Positions 1-12,837 of a stretch of DNA of 64,000 nt are shown here, piece by piece. The DNA is taken from assembly GCA_964106915.2 (NCBI GenBank), contig OZ066924.1, one strand, 5' to 3'. The number at the start of each line of letters is the position of its first letter. The first letter of the stretch is position 1. This DNA is from Podarcis gaigeae (taxonomy: Eukaryota). The position numbers and the translations under genes were made by a program. The notes under the pieces are model-generated. The model worked only from the letters and a program-made list of their open reading frames with translations, did not search any database and was not told where the DNA came from.

Positions 1-508
1 AACTACTCCAATATGTCCCAGGTTCTCCTGCATCAGAAACCTGTAATATAACATCCATATAACAGAGTACCTAACTTTCCTTCATAACAGTCTTTGTCTT
101 CATTAACACCATTTGGAGTTTTAAAAATAAATCAGTTTAGTTGGAAGCTCTCTCAAACTACAGCCAGGGAATAGAATGATGATAGATTGGAATATCTAGT
201 GAAATCCCCTGGCACTTTACTAGACACGACTGAGTTAAAATATCCATTGCTATGTGCTGTATTGGAGCTGTGAAAATACATTAATTTTTTATATTAGTGT
301 GGTAAGAAATGCTGACAAGGATACTGCAGGCGCTGACTGAGACTTTTCACTATTTTTCTTTACAGATCCAACTAATCTTGCAGTTTGTGGCTTTGCTGTG
401 GGCTGGCTGCAAAAAATTGTATAACTGAGCCCAAGGTCTCAATTTTTTTACATAGTCACTTTTGGAGTTGCTGCTGTTTGTACATTTCAAAGAATAAACT
501 GCTGTAAC

Positions 509-657
509 CAGTGCTTTTTTTCTGGGGGGATGCATGGATTACGCATACCCACAAACATTTTGTGAATCTAAGTTTGGCCTTATTGAGGGGCATTATTTCA
601 ATATGAGTAGGAAAATGAGAGTATCCCTAAACACTTTTTTTTAGAAAAAAAGCACTG
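509..657. mobile_element. MITE, probably hAT-type, 149 bp
   Basis: Perfect 15-bp TIR cagtgctttttttct / agaaaaaaagcactg. No matching TSD seen. Confidence 0.7.
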
Positions 658-950
658 ACTTAAGAGGTCATCTTAGTGTCCTATGTAAATGCAAGCAGAC
701 TTACAGAAAAGTAGAATATGCAAAGACTCTCAAGGATGAACCCATGAAAATAATCAAACAGTAATTATTTGTTCCAGCGCAATTATTCCAGTTCAACACA
801 CACTACAATTACTAGGATGTGGTGGTTTTAATGTATTATTTTTAAGCTGAAGGGTGGCAAAGAAATTAATTAAGCATAACATAGATTGCGACATGAGTGA
901 GAAATCAAATGTGTAGACACACTCACACAATATCTAATGTGTGTATATAC

Positions 951-984
951 TATATATGTGTGTGTGTGTGTACACACACACACG
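951..984. repeat. (TA)(TG)n(CA)n compound microsatellite containing a perfect 24-bp palindrome (960-983)
   Basis: gtgtgtgtgtgt|acacacacacac read directly. Confidence 0.9.
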
Positions 985-2095
985 AGCTTACTTCATTTTT
1001 ACATAACTAAATACAACTATGGAAAGGTTTACGTACTCTTAATGTTTGCTGAAAAGAGCAGAGGCAATTAGATTTGGACTATTTTGTTTGTTCAACATTT
1101 AAGGTAGCATAAAGAACAGAGGGGAAACTGAAAAGGGAGTCAAGTTCAGAAATGGTTTCTGCCTTTGGAGGTAAAAGGGATGTCAGAGACAGCAAGTTTC
1201 CCTTTGCTCTGTTCTTCGCTCTGAAATGTACTGCATTTGCTTTTTAAAATAATTTGTTAATTTTATTATGATTATATTCTGTAGTTCCTCCCAAAGGAAA
1301 CCCAAAGTGGCAAAATGGTATTGCAATATGGTATCACAATGGGGTCTTGTGAATTATCTCTTGGCAGTGCCAAAAGGAATTTATGCCCATGCTGTTATTC
1401 CATGTGTTTTCCATCGTTTCAAATGGTGATAAGTTTGGAATGGGATTTGGTTGTCGTATATTGGTGGCAGAATCCTTCACATTCTTAAACGTCTATTCTT
1501 AAACATCTTTTTGCTGTTTTCAGACCATAGAAAGATAATTTGTTTAATGAATTTTTTTAAAGTATTACTTTTATTACTTTTGCCCCATCATATCAATATG
1601 TTAGACTGGTTTGGTTAGCAGCATCTCTGAATAATGGGAAAAGGCTGTAGGGTAGTAAGCTTTGTAAATACATTGTCTTGATTTTTTTTTTTTTTTAAAT
1701 ACCACTAGCTGAAATATAATCTACTTCATGTACTGCCTAACTGTTTAGGGGACAGAGGAGAGCTGTTAGCTTCTGGTTATAGTTTCAAGCTTCTATAAAA
1801 GCAAAGAATACTTGCAGGGAGTTACCCCTGCAGATATATTCAATGCTTATATTTTAAATTTTTGTTCTATCATCTGGTACTTCCTTTGTCATTTGCTGGA
1901 GGAGAGGAACCCTTTTCATCATGTTCTTTCTTCCCCAGAGTCCTTTTAGACACACTTTACTCTATCCTTCATGCCGTTAAGGCAAAGAAACTATTGAACC
2001 CACAGGTTGTCACTGCTGCAATGATGCCCCCAAACTTCATTTTACTTGAATATTCAGTGTAACCTTCAACTTCCTTTTTTCTTTTCTTTATGCAG

Positions 2096-2203
2096 GTGAC
2101 AGATCAGTCGGTTAAAGCATTCGCTGAACATTGTCCCGAGTTGCAGTATGTTGGGTTTATGGGCTGTTCTGTTACATCTAAAGGAGTCATACACCTTACC
2201 AAT
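2096..2203 (+). CDS. FBXL17: FBXL17 internal coding exon, 108 nt (probably human exon 5 equivalent): VTDQSVKAFAEHCPELQYVGFMGCSVTSKGVIHLTN
   Basis: Polypyrimidine tract ending tgcag| before 2096 and |gtaagt after 2203. Manual translation gives 36 codons (phase 0-0) of a cysteine-containing LRR that I recognise as FBXL17. Confidence 0.95.
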
Positions 2204-4749
2204 GTAAGTACAGCAACAAGGTTTCCTGTTGTCAGTTCCAGTTAGGATAATATTGCACAATAGACATAACTGAGAGGTGTTTTTCATAGAGTCAAAATTA
2301 TACAGTTATGGTAATCTTACATACTAGAAGCAATATTAGGGATGCATTTTTTAACACGGATAACAGTTTTGTAGATGCATTCATTTATTATTAACATTAG
2401 CTTTAACTACGCACATCTAGCTGACACATAAAACTGATACAAGTGGCAGCTTTGGTGCACACCAGCCAGATTGCACCAGTTAGAAGTGTATATTAAGACA
2501 TAGGATCAATTTTGTGATGCGAGGAAAGCTCTTTTATCGAAAAGAATGTCTATAGGTGATAGCTAAGAACCAAATAAAAGATATCCAGGTCCACAACCAG
2601 AAAAACTTGATAAATCAAGTTCACAGTGGGCCTTTTCTGTTTATCATTGGCAATTGGTTGTAGGGAAAAGTGAAAGAAAAAAACATGGCTTTGCTTATTA
2701 TGCTTTCACATATATTTATTCCTTTTTTGGATCATCTCCTAAGTTGCTCACCAATTGACTGGAAATAGTGGGTGTCACATTAATGTGAAGGATATAGATG
2801 CTGTATCAAGTAAAGGAAGAGCAGGAAGAAGGTGACAAAGAATAGGACACATTGCAATAGACCTAGAGAAGTGCGAGTGGTGTTTTTTTCCCTTATAAGT
2901 GGGGTTTCCTCCCTCTCCTCCCTACGGTAGCTTCCTGCACACACTAGAAATATCAAAAGGGCCTGCACACCCTCTAGAACGTGGTGGGATGGGGTCTGGC
3001 GCTGTAAAGGAGAAATGGGCAGAGTTTGGGAAGGTTACCTTGCATGAGCAGAATTGCTTTTTAACGTGTACGGGGCACTTTAGAAGCCAAGCAACCATCA
3101 ATACAAACAAAATGCAGTTCATTCAGGAGAAGTTGCAGATGGTGGCCATGATGTGGGTTTTCTTCAAAAATCGAACTTGTATTTCAATGCCCTAAATTAA
3201 TTGGCACCTTGCTTGGGTTATATGCAATTTGGGTTTTAATTTACTGTTTTGCTTACAATCTTAATCTTTTATTTATTATTTTAAATACTTATATCCCATC
3301 CTTTGCATAATGTGAATTCAAGGCAGCTTTTATAAAAGTGCAACACACAATAAATAAAAAATACAATATAAAATTACAAGAAAATCAAACATCAAGTTTT
3401 TAATGGAGATGAACCTAATTAAAACAACAAGATCAACTCAATTCAAAGCCTTCTGGAACAGCCATATCGAGTTAACAAACAAATAGACCGTGTGTAATCC
3501 TAATTCCTAATTCCACTTAAAAACCATTGAAATCAGTGGGATTTAACTTTGAGTATACATAGTTCAGATTTATATTGAGAGGGAGGGAGGGAGGGAAAAA
3601 AAAGTAGTGAGCAAGTGCTTGTATAGGTATGATATGGAAGTTTGGGAAGGAAATTTGGGTCGGGGTTCATTTTTGGTGATGGGTGGCCAAAGAACCAACA
3701 CCAACTGTCCCCTCTAAAACCAGAAGAAAAGGCTGTGATTTAATCTGACAGTGAGTGGGCAAGGCCTCTTGTACCGCTCATTGCCAAATTGCCCAATTTC
3801 AACTGTCCTGTAGCTTGAGTGGAGGGGTCATTTGCTATTGCTGTGTTGAGCTTACAAGCTTTCCCCCCTCCTTTTACAACCTAGCTTCTCTAGTAACCTC
3901 AATATTTGATTGGCTTACTATATTTATGAATTTTTCTCTGTTAAAAAAAATGTACTGAAGCAATGTGCAACAAAAATACAGGGCCCAAACTCATTGTTTG
4001 CTGTATGTAGCTAACTTTTATGCTCTTCCCAGCTGAGGTAAACATTATTTTCATTCTGTGCTGCTTAATCATGTTGCTTCACAAGCTGCACTTTTGGGTT
4101 TTTTCCTTTCAAGTTTGGGTGAATGTGAGGGGCCACTGTGGCTGGTTCCTCTGGGAGTTGAATAACGAACACTTCTCACTAAGCTGCTATTTCCTCAGTT
4201 GCTACCCCTTTTAATTTGTGAAATATATGTCCTCTCTAACCCAACTATAGCTCACTTCTAGGAAAATGTCATGATTTTGCATTCTTTTTGCAAAACCTCT
4301 CATGTGCTGCTGAGATGACTCCTCCCATTCTTGGGGGAAAAAAATCTCTACTTCTTAATTTAAATAGTTCCAGTAGAAAGCCCTTTCTTGGTGAATGTCG
4401 CTATCAAATGCCTATCTCGCCCAGTATAGTTTACGTATATATTTACTGACACTTAAAGCTGTTTCCTTTGAATGAGCTCTCAACTTCTATCTGTGTTAGC
4501 TTGTTATTAATCTTAATGGAGGTTCTAGAGACATCCTTGCCACATTTGCACAGGGACAATATTGCATTACTTGTAGTTGGATACTGTGTCTATGTAAGAA
4601 GGACCTGCCTTATTTACAAGTGATTATTGAATATAGTTTCTACCTGTCAGCTAGTTATGATTGCGACTCTAGAACTCCCAGATTTTCTTTGGTCATATCT
4701 GTAACATTGTCGTTCTAAACACCTGTCACAACATCTATAGAGTGCTATA

Positions 4750-4980
4750 CAGTGGTACCTTGGGTTACAAACTTAATTCGTTCTGGAGGTCCATTCTTAA
4801 GCTGAAACTGTTCTTAACCTGAGGTACCACTTTAGCTAATGGGGCCTCCCGCTGCCGGTGCGCAGTTTCTGTTCTCATCCTGAGGTAAAATTCTTAATCC
4901 AAGGTACTACTTCTGGGTTAATGGAGTCTGTAACCTGAAGTGTTTGTAACGTGAAGCGTTTGTAACCCAAGGTACCACTG
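4750..4980. mobile_element. Tc1/mariner (Tigger/pogo-like) MITE, family A
   Basis: Perfect 23-bp TIR cagtggtaccttgggttacaaac / gtttgtaacccaaggtaccactg, with TA on both flanks. Confidence 0.9.
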
Positions 4981-5177
4981 TATATCAGTACAGCAGTATT
5001 ATTTAAATAATAGGCCTGAAAGCAGGGACTATTTTGTTAACTGATATCCATAGTTGGAAATACAGGAATTAATTCAAATGCTAATATGTTCATGTTTATT
5101 ATAATTCATACTTTATTGAGTTAAAGTGAATGCTTTTCATCAGTATCAAATCCTATGGGTAGGAAACTTCAGATTGC

Positions 5178-5201
5178 ATGATGATGATGATGATGATGAT
5201 G
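5178..5201. repeat. (ATG)8 microsatellite
   Basis: Read directly. Confidence 0.95.
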
Positions 5202-5933
5202 CTATTTAGCTTGGTAAGGATGCCAAATGGGACTTTTGTACTTGATATATTAAATTTTAGCACATGACTATTTATTTTCCAGTATTACTTTGCAAGAATA
5301 TATCATAGTTACTCTTTTCACATTGGGTATGATAAGTGTTATCAGGGTTTTTCTTTAATTACTGTGGTTGGTACCCTAGACCTAGAGGATCTATGTCCTG
5401 ATGGAGGGAACCTGTCAGCAGAACAGGGCAGAAGCACTTTTTGGTGATTCCCCTTGTTTCTGCAGCCTCCCATGCTCTCGCTTCTTCTCAAGAGAATCAC
5501 TCAACCTCCTGGAGCAAATAAGTGAGGCACAAGTCACAGAGAAGAGTGGAAATAGATGGATACCATTGAATACTACCCTGTGTAGCTTTGTGGCTGATTT
5601 TTTTTTTTTTTAAAGTTTTGTCAATAGGCTTTCATTTGTAACTTCATTTCAAAAGTTTAATAGCATATTTTTTAAATAAACAAATTACATTAAAAATATT
5701 GCATTAATTCCATTAGTTCATTCATTGGTGAAGAACAGAGCCAGAGATACTCCTTTTAAATAAAAATATACAGCAAGTCCTCTTTATTTTTGCAGCTTTT
5801 CTATTGCATAGGTAGAAAAAAAATAACATTAATTAAAGGACAAAAGCAGGTTTAAGCAGATCAAAACTGCAATTAATTCTATAAATAGTTTATATATGAA
5901 TTATAAAACTTACCATTGTATTTATCTTAATAG

Positions 5934-6064
5934 CTAAGAAACCTTTCCAGCTTGGATCTACGTCATATCACAGAACTGGATAATGAAACAGTGATGGAAA
6001 TAGTAAAGAGATGCAAAAACCTTACCTCCCTCAATCTGTGTCTGAACTGGATTATAAATGACAG
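5934..6064 (+). CDS. FBXL17: FBXL17 internal coding exon, 131 nt (probably exon 6): LRNLSSLDLRHITELDNETVMEIVKRCKNLTSLNLCLNWIIND(R)
   Basis: aatag| acceptor and AG|gtaact donor. In frame with the previous exon, ends in phase 2, and shows the LRR pattern LxxLxL. Confidence 0.95.
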
Positions 6065-8687
6065 GTAACTTCATCATAGAAAAGCAAAGTCAAACCATTG
6101 TGTTAAATATGATTAATAATTGATAATTTTATGAAGCTGGGAAGAAATGAATCTTAAAAGTCAGCACAGTCTTTTTAGAATAATGTCGCTGTGTGCATTT
6201 TAACATTAGCTATCTTGAAGGAGAATCCTTGCCTAAAAATAGATATGCCTATTAGTAAATCTGATTGTAGGTCTGAATTTTGAATGCAGACTTCCTGCTT
6301 TGAACTCCCTTGCTAAAAAGGTAGATGTATGTATATTGAGCCAGTTCACCCATGGCAGTTAGCCAAACCATGGCTGAGTGTGAATGCACAAGCTTGTGGG
6401 CTCCTGGAGAGAGATTGCGATCATGTTGCACCTCCTCTGGTTCTCCTACTGCACTGCTGTGAGTAAGCCACTGTCGTTGAAACATGGCCTCAGGGTTTCC
6501 AGATAAGCGAGGTTTGCCCCTGGTTTCAATCTTGTGGTTTGTTAGAAACAAATAAACCACAACCTCAGATTCAGATGATTTTAAACCAGCCACGCATGAT
6601 ATTTATGTAACATTCATGCTTGTGTAACAAACCACCTCTAAGGATGCAATCCTAAAAAAGCGCACCAGATAGTAGGTTTCCCTGAATATAGTGGAACTTG
6701 CTTCTAATTTAACATAACATGGGATTGTGCATACAGGTAGCTGGGGAATTTGTGTTTTGAGTGGAAAGGCTGAAAGGAAACTGTGTTTAACCTGAGAAAA
6801 TACTGGTGACTTTCAAAAAGCTAATACCAGTAATAGGAAGAGGAACTTGTGCTATCTTTGATCAACTAAAAGTAAACAAGAAATAGAGGTTTAAAGTGAC
6901 ATTAGATCTTAGGTTAGGGAAAATCTTTTAAATATGAAAATGGAGGAGCCTTGGAAGATTGGAAAATTTTCTCCTCTCTTGGATATTTCTCAAAAAGAGG
7001 TTAGTCAATTGTGTGTGTTTTTTCTTAGGGAAGGAATTTGTCTCAATGGATTATTTACTCAAGTCTTTTTTCTACTCAATTCTGTGGTGCTGGTATAAAA
7101 AGGTGTTTATTATTATATGTAAGTTATTAAATGGTAGAATGTTCTCTGTTTCTAAAGGATAGCCTTGGCTATGATCTTGAAAACATATTTTCATATCATT
7201 TTTTAAAAAACACACACTAAATAAATTGGAAACCCATATAAGGGCTCCTATCAAAGCATAAGCTTTATAGTCGACTAGTTGGAATTAAAATAATTTAGCC
7301 TGTTTGTTCCAGCTGTATTAATTAGCTGATTCAAAGATGCATGCCAGAAAATAACATCACAAAACAAATACACCAGTGCAAATGTTTAGAATTGAGGTGC
7401 CAATCAGTGAACTCCCTGCTGCCCTCATGCCAGGTTTGTTTATGCAATATAGACTCATTGAAAGAGAAAAGTTTAAAAATAGTTTTAGAAAAGGCTTGGT
7501 TTCATAAGCTTCCCTTTTGTGGAGGAGCCAAGTGAAGATACACATCTGCATTTACAGCAGCCTCACAGGTCATGGTGCATTGACAAGATGTATTCCACAA
7601 GCTATCTTATCACATATGTGGTTTCACACTGTACCATATTTTAGAACAGCCCCAGGCAGCATAACCAATGGACAGGGACGATAGGAGTTGCAGTCCAAAC
7701 CTTCAGAAGGGCAGCAGGTTGGTGAACGCTGTTCTAAAGTTATGTTGTGGACTTCAGTCTTAAACCTTTCTGTCCTCAAGAACTGAATTTCTTCCAGAAT
7801 GCATAGTGTTAGTTTTTAGATTCACTGCTTCCTGACAGAAGGTTGTTATTTTATGTGTGTGCAGGGGGAGCTGCATAACTATAATGCCATTCAGTTATGC
7901 AGGGAACCCTGTGGAAACCAACTGTTCAGCTTTTGAGTAGAAAGGTGACTCAGAAAGGGATTTTAATAATAGTAGTAGTAATGAAAAAGCTCATTGAACT
8001 TACAGTGTTTCTGCACTCCTAGCTATAATATTGTGAGACAACTCTCCCAGCCTCTGATTCATTGACAGGGTAGTGGCATTCATTATCCAGGGATACTTGC
8101 GCCTGCTTTCACAGTGGAAAAGTTAAGCCTCCCTTTTGAAGTTTATCATGGCTTGTATTCCACTAACCTGTACTCGGAGTAGACTGATATCAATATATTA
8201 ATGGACCCAAGCTAGTCATGGCCATTTATTTCAGTGGGTCTACTCTGAGCAAAAGTTGACTGAATGTTTGCTAAATCTTGGTAATTTTAGTAGTACATTC
8301 CGATGTAAATCTTATTTGGTCCCTGCTTCTAGTAGTAGCTGTGTTGGCCCATGGTAGCAGATACAATGAAGAGTGTTATAGCACCTGTAAGATTAACAAA
8401 TGTATTGTGTTATTCCAGAATTCATTTGTTGGCCATCAAGGTACTGCAAGACTCTTCTTTGGTCACTTTTCTTTAAAATCAATTACATATGTTATAGATT
8501 CCATGGGAAATGTTTCCCCCTTCCCATGACACCCTGTTATACATCAAAGTGTTCAAGCCCATTTTTTAAAAATACTGTCTCTAAACTATCTTTTTTTTTT
8601 AAAAAAAACCTAACCATCTCCTGTGACACAATGGCTGCATTAACAGCATTTGGCTGTTAACAAGAAAGTTGGTGGTCCGAGCTGTGG

Positions 8688-8771
8688 GCAGAATTCCTGG
8701 ATTGCAGGGGGTTGGACTACATGACCCTTGGGGTCCCTTCCAACTCTACAATTCTGTGATTCTATGATTCT
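8688..8771 (+). mobile_element. CR1-type 3' tail (truncated SINE or CR1)
   Basis: gcagggggttggac...gtcccttccaactctacaattctgtgattctatgattct, the CR1 3' end with (ATTCTRTG)n repeats. Resembles the tail at 26271-26335. Confidence 0.75.
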
Positions 8772-9179
8772 GGTGGATGGGTTTTTATTAAAGCTCAAAT
8801 ATGAAATATTTATTCAGTATGCAACATATTATAACATATATTGGAAACTGGATAATGAAAATAAATTGAGGATGGTGTGATGGACTGAATTGCAAAATGT
8901 TGTTGATAGCCTGGTAACACAGATGCTTGATATAACTTGACTGCACTTAATTTTAATAGCCTTTCTTGTAGCTAAGAATTTCCATCGTCCACTGTATTTT
9001 TATTTATTTTTGATATCTTTACTGGAGTGTAAAACATAGAAGGAAAAATGTGGGAATGAAATATACAAAGGAAAAAACGGAGATGTAAAGGACGAAGTTC
9101 TTTTGGTCCTTTCCTCAATTGGGCTCCAAATATGAAATCAAACTTCTCTCAGTCGAAGTTTCTGTTAAACAAGAAAATT

Positions 9180-9265
9180 AATACTTTAACCTAGAAGTAA
9201 CCAGAGCATAGGCAACAGTAGTCAGGTTGTCCATGTCCAGGAATGGGAGCAGCTGGGCCATCAGC
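9180..9265 (-). mobile_element. Degraded L2-clade LINE ORF2 fragment
   Basis: Minus-strand peptide QLLPFLDMDNLTTVAYALVTSRLKY resembles the L2 motif 'L..VVHALVTSRLDYCN'. Confidence 0.6.
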
Positions 9266-11754
9266 TCAGCTGATGGAAGGCAGTCCATGCTACTGAGGCC
9301 AGAAATAGATCCACAACTACCCCCAAACCACAACCTTTTCCTTCCGAGGGAGTGTAACCCCGTCCAGTGTAGGGCACATCCCATTCATCCGGTCTAGGAA
9401 AGCACCCACTAACGGTGCCTAAGTCTTGCCTGGATTTAGCTTCAGGCTATTGGCTACAGAGCAAGACTTCAGTCCAGCACATGGACTGCACACCTGCAGA
9501 GCATAGAAGTAGAGCATGTGTATCATCAGTCTATTGCTGACCACACACTCCAAAACTCCAAAATTAATGCTAGATTATTATTATGTACAAAACTGAACCT
9601 GATTTTTTGATGTCGTATTAAATCATTGCCTTGCTATTTCTACATTACAGCCACCCATAAAATATCCTATGCATTTTTGTACCACATCATTATTTCGCCT
9701 TGTGCAATTTGCATTGAATTTCTTATTTTCAATAGCTGCCGACCTTTACTGGGCTCAGACTTGTGGCACACATGCTTGTGTTTTGCGGCTGTGACTCTAA
9801 GCAGTTCTCTTTAATAATAGAGCCATTGATGATACTTCATGTTTTATTAAAAGCTGTTTTGTTTTAAAACATCTGTGACTTCAAGGCAAGTGTGTGGTAG
9901 TGAAAATTAATTTATTTTTACCTAGAGCTAAAGCATGTTCATGCAAGATAGCTTTGAATTATTTTTAATGGGCGAAGAAAACTACTTTTTCATCAGGATG
10001 AGCAAACATGTTTCACAGATGTTGAGTAATAAAAAGCATCCTTAATGTACTTTATTTTTAAATGGCTTATTAGGGCAGTCTAAACTATGCTGAATATCTC
10101 AGCAGGTGTTTAAACTCTTCTAAATATGCATAGAGCATATGCACCATTTTGGTAAATAAAATTGCAAAAACAATTTGCTGCTTCACATCTGGAGATAATG
10201 CAAAATGGTTGTAAATTTTGTAGGGAACCTTTATTGGAAAAGTAATCTCAAATGTTTACAAATATTGTTCTCTTGTTTTAGTTAGTCATTTTTGATACAT
10301 TTATCTCTAGAAGTCATGATATTTAGTCAGTGTAGGGAGAGATTTGCTAATCCAGCGGAACATAACTGTTTCTTGTGCATTCTAAACTTGTTTCAGTGAG
10401 CATACTATTTTGCCAGTATGCAAGAGAATACTTGGCAGATTCCAGAGTATAGTCTTAAGGCATATGGTGTGGTACCCTTGCCGAAGCTAAGCAGATCTGG
10501 ATCTCATCAATAATACAAATTTAGTCAAAGAAGAAGTCAGTCCACACCAACACTCCCAGATAACTAAGGGAAAGATTCAATTAAAATTAACTATTAAGTT
10601 TTACCCTGTTTCCTCACCCCTGCTGTAGTGTGTGTGGCCTGCCTCTTTAAGAGAGGTGCCTGACTGAAACTCTTTCCCACTTTCTGGGCATGGTCTCTTC
10701 CATAGCTGAGAGGGAACCAAAAGGTATTTTGATCTTGCTTGTGTAGCAAGCACTAGCTGCTGTACTGAGTTATTAATCTGTTGTTCATGAATTTATACAA
10801 GTATTGAAGTTATTTTGACTCCTGTTTCCTCCTTATAATAGAACAGACCTGTTGCTAGGTTTCTTAACATAGTGAGTCTCCTTCCCAAACCCTCAAGGAT
10901 ACACAGACTATGCTGAATTCTTCCTGTGCTTGACCAGTATATCCCCATGGATTTCAGCCTGAAACAGGGTAAAACTTCATAGTTAATTTTAATTGAAGCT
11001 TTCCCATAGTTATCTGGAAGTGTTTGTATGGATTGACGTCTTGGACCGAGTTTGTATTATTGACTAATAGCTTCCTCTGTGAGATCTTTTATACCAATCA
11101 AAGAGTTTTGCAAACAGTTTTGATGGAAGATTTTATTTATTTTATTTTTTACAATCAAGCGGTATATAAATCTAATAAAATAAAACAAATAACGAATGTA
11201 GGATCAGTGCAAACTGTTGTGTTGAATTTGATGTTCTTTTGCTAAGAATTATCTCCACACCTATTATTATTGTTGTTTTTTAGATTTATATACTTCCCTT
11301 CATCACAAGATCTCTGGGTGGTTCACAAAATAAAAATATAAGGTAAAAGGTAGTTAAAACAAAAACAGCAAAACAATAACCTCCCCTGCCACAAACACAT
11401 TTAAAAAGCTGTAGAATATTAATCAGCTCCTGCTTCCATTTTAGGATTACATTTATTAGCTGTTGTCCATAATGCCATGAAGGGGATACACTGGGTCAGG
11501 TTTGAGATTTCTGTTTCTGGATTGGTTGAAAAGGCAGAATAGAGATGATTATGATATGCTCTGTCTTGGCAGATTTTAAAGAAGCATTTTGCTCATATGG
11601 TGAAGAGCAAGAGTCCAGAAATTAACTACGATTGGAGCTGGATATTTCACCGGGGGTGGGGTGGGGGAATACTTGGTCAATTCTGTGGTCTGCCTTTTGT
11701 CCTGGTTGTTATGGCAAAGGAGTGCACAGCTGTTCTCAGCTTGAGTCCTTAGTT

Positions 11755-11945
11755 TTTGAGGCTTCTGATGGGATCTGTTTGAACTTGGACCGGCAGACAC
11801 AACTACATTTATTACAAACACTTGTATTGACAGTCTCTTGGCACAAATCTTTTCATCAAAGTCTGCCTGATGCATTGAGCTCCCAAATGTTGATATCTAT
11901 CATACTTGCTTTGACATTGGCCTTCAGAGTGGTCAGCGATTTGAA
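11755..11945 (-). mobile_element. Degraded RTE-clade LINE C-terminal fragment
   Basis: Minus-strand translation TLKANVKASMIDINIWELNASGR...VCNKCSCVCRSK(frameshift)RSHQK resembles the RTE C-terminus (DTLKxxLKxxxID..WE.LA.DR; C..C...C.S..GL.SH). Confidence 0.55.
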
Positions 11946-12591
11946 GAATTAATTTATTAGAATTATAGCAAAGAGAGCGAGACACTTAAGCTTCTCACAA
12001 AACAATCACAGGTTAATTATTTGGGTCTCGGGAGACAGCACTGTCCTCATCCTCTGACTAATAAAATGTTGGAACTAATAATATATGCAAATATAAGTGT
12101 ATGCGAATGATATGGAAGAGACTGAACTCTTCAGTTTTTTCCTGAAACCTTTGGTAACAGTCCAAATAGATACAGAACTTTGATCAGGGGGAGGTCGGTG
12201 GGAAGGGATTCTGTTGCACACCTTGCCTCCTGTCAGGCATCTCACTGTGCTTACCAAGAAGGGAGGAAGCTGACGGGAGGAAATTGGTGTTGTGTGAGTC
12301 CTCATCACCCCCGCTTTCCCTCCCAATAAGTACAGTGTACAGTGGCAACCCTCCCTTCTGGGTACCCATGAGATGCAGAAGATCAAAGTTACTTTCTAAG
12401 TACATGCTTGCATTTAGGGCAAGGGGCATCGACCCCAAAACTGGGGGGGCGGAGGGCAGGAATGGGACCTTTAACATGGCAGATCTGAAAGAAACCTCCC
12501 TCCTGGTTGTTGTTGTTGTTTTAATCAGATGACACCTTTATGCAGCTAAAAGGAGTCTTTCTCCCAAAAACAGATTGGTGTCAATCTAAGA

Positions 12592-12837
12592 CATGGGTAG
12601 GCCCAGGAGCCGGATCCTGCCCACTGGCCTTCTAAATCCAGCCCGTGGACGGTCTGGGAATCTGTGTGTTTTTACATGAGTAGAATGTGTCCTTTTATTT
12701 AAAATGCATCTCTGAGTTATTTGTGGGGCATAGGAATTCATTCTCCCCCCCACCCCCGCCCCAGATATAGTCCTGCCCCCCACAAGGTCTGAGGGACAGT
12801 GGACTGGCCCCCTGCTAAAAAAGTTTGCTGACCCCTG
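12592..12837. mobile_element. hAT-type MITE, family B
   Basis: Exact 8-bp TSD atctaaga (12584-12591 and 12838-12845). Ends catgggtagg / tttgctgacccctg. An inverted homolog lies at 39222-39460. Confidence 0.9.

Noticed and set aside
10470-10515. 5S rRNA-like fragment (gaagctaagcag)
   Set aside because: The match is only about 12 nt. At most it is a decayed 5S-derived SINE piece.
12075-12532. Cluster of overlapping 82-103 aa ORFs as a gene or retrocopy
   Set aside because: No recognisable protein or splice signals. It probably reflects locally higher GC in a decayed repeat that I could not classify.
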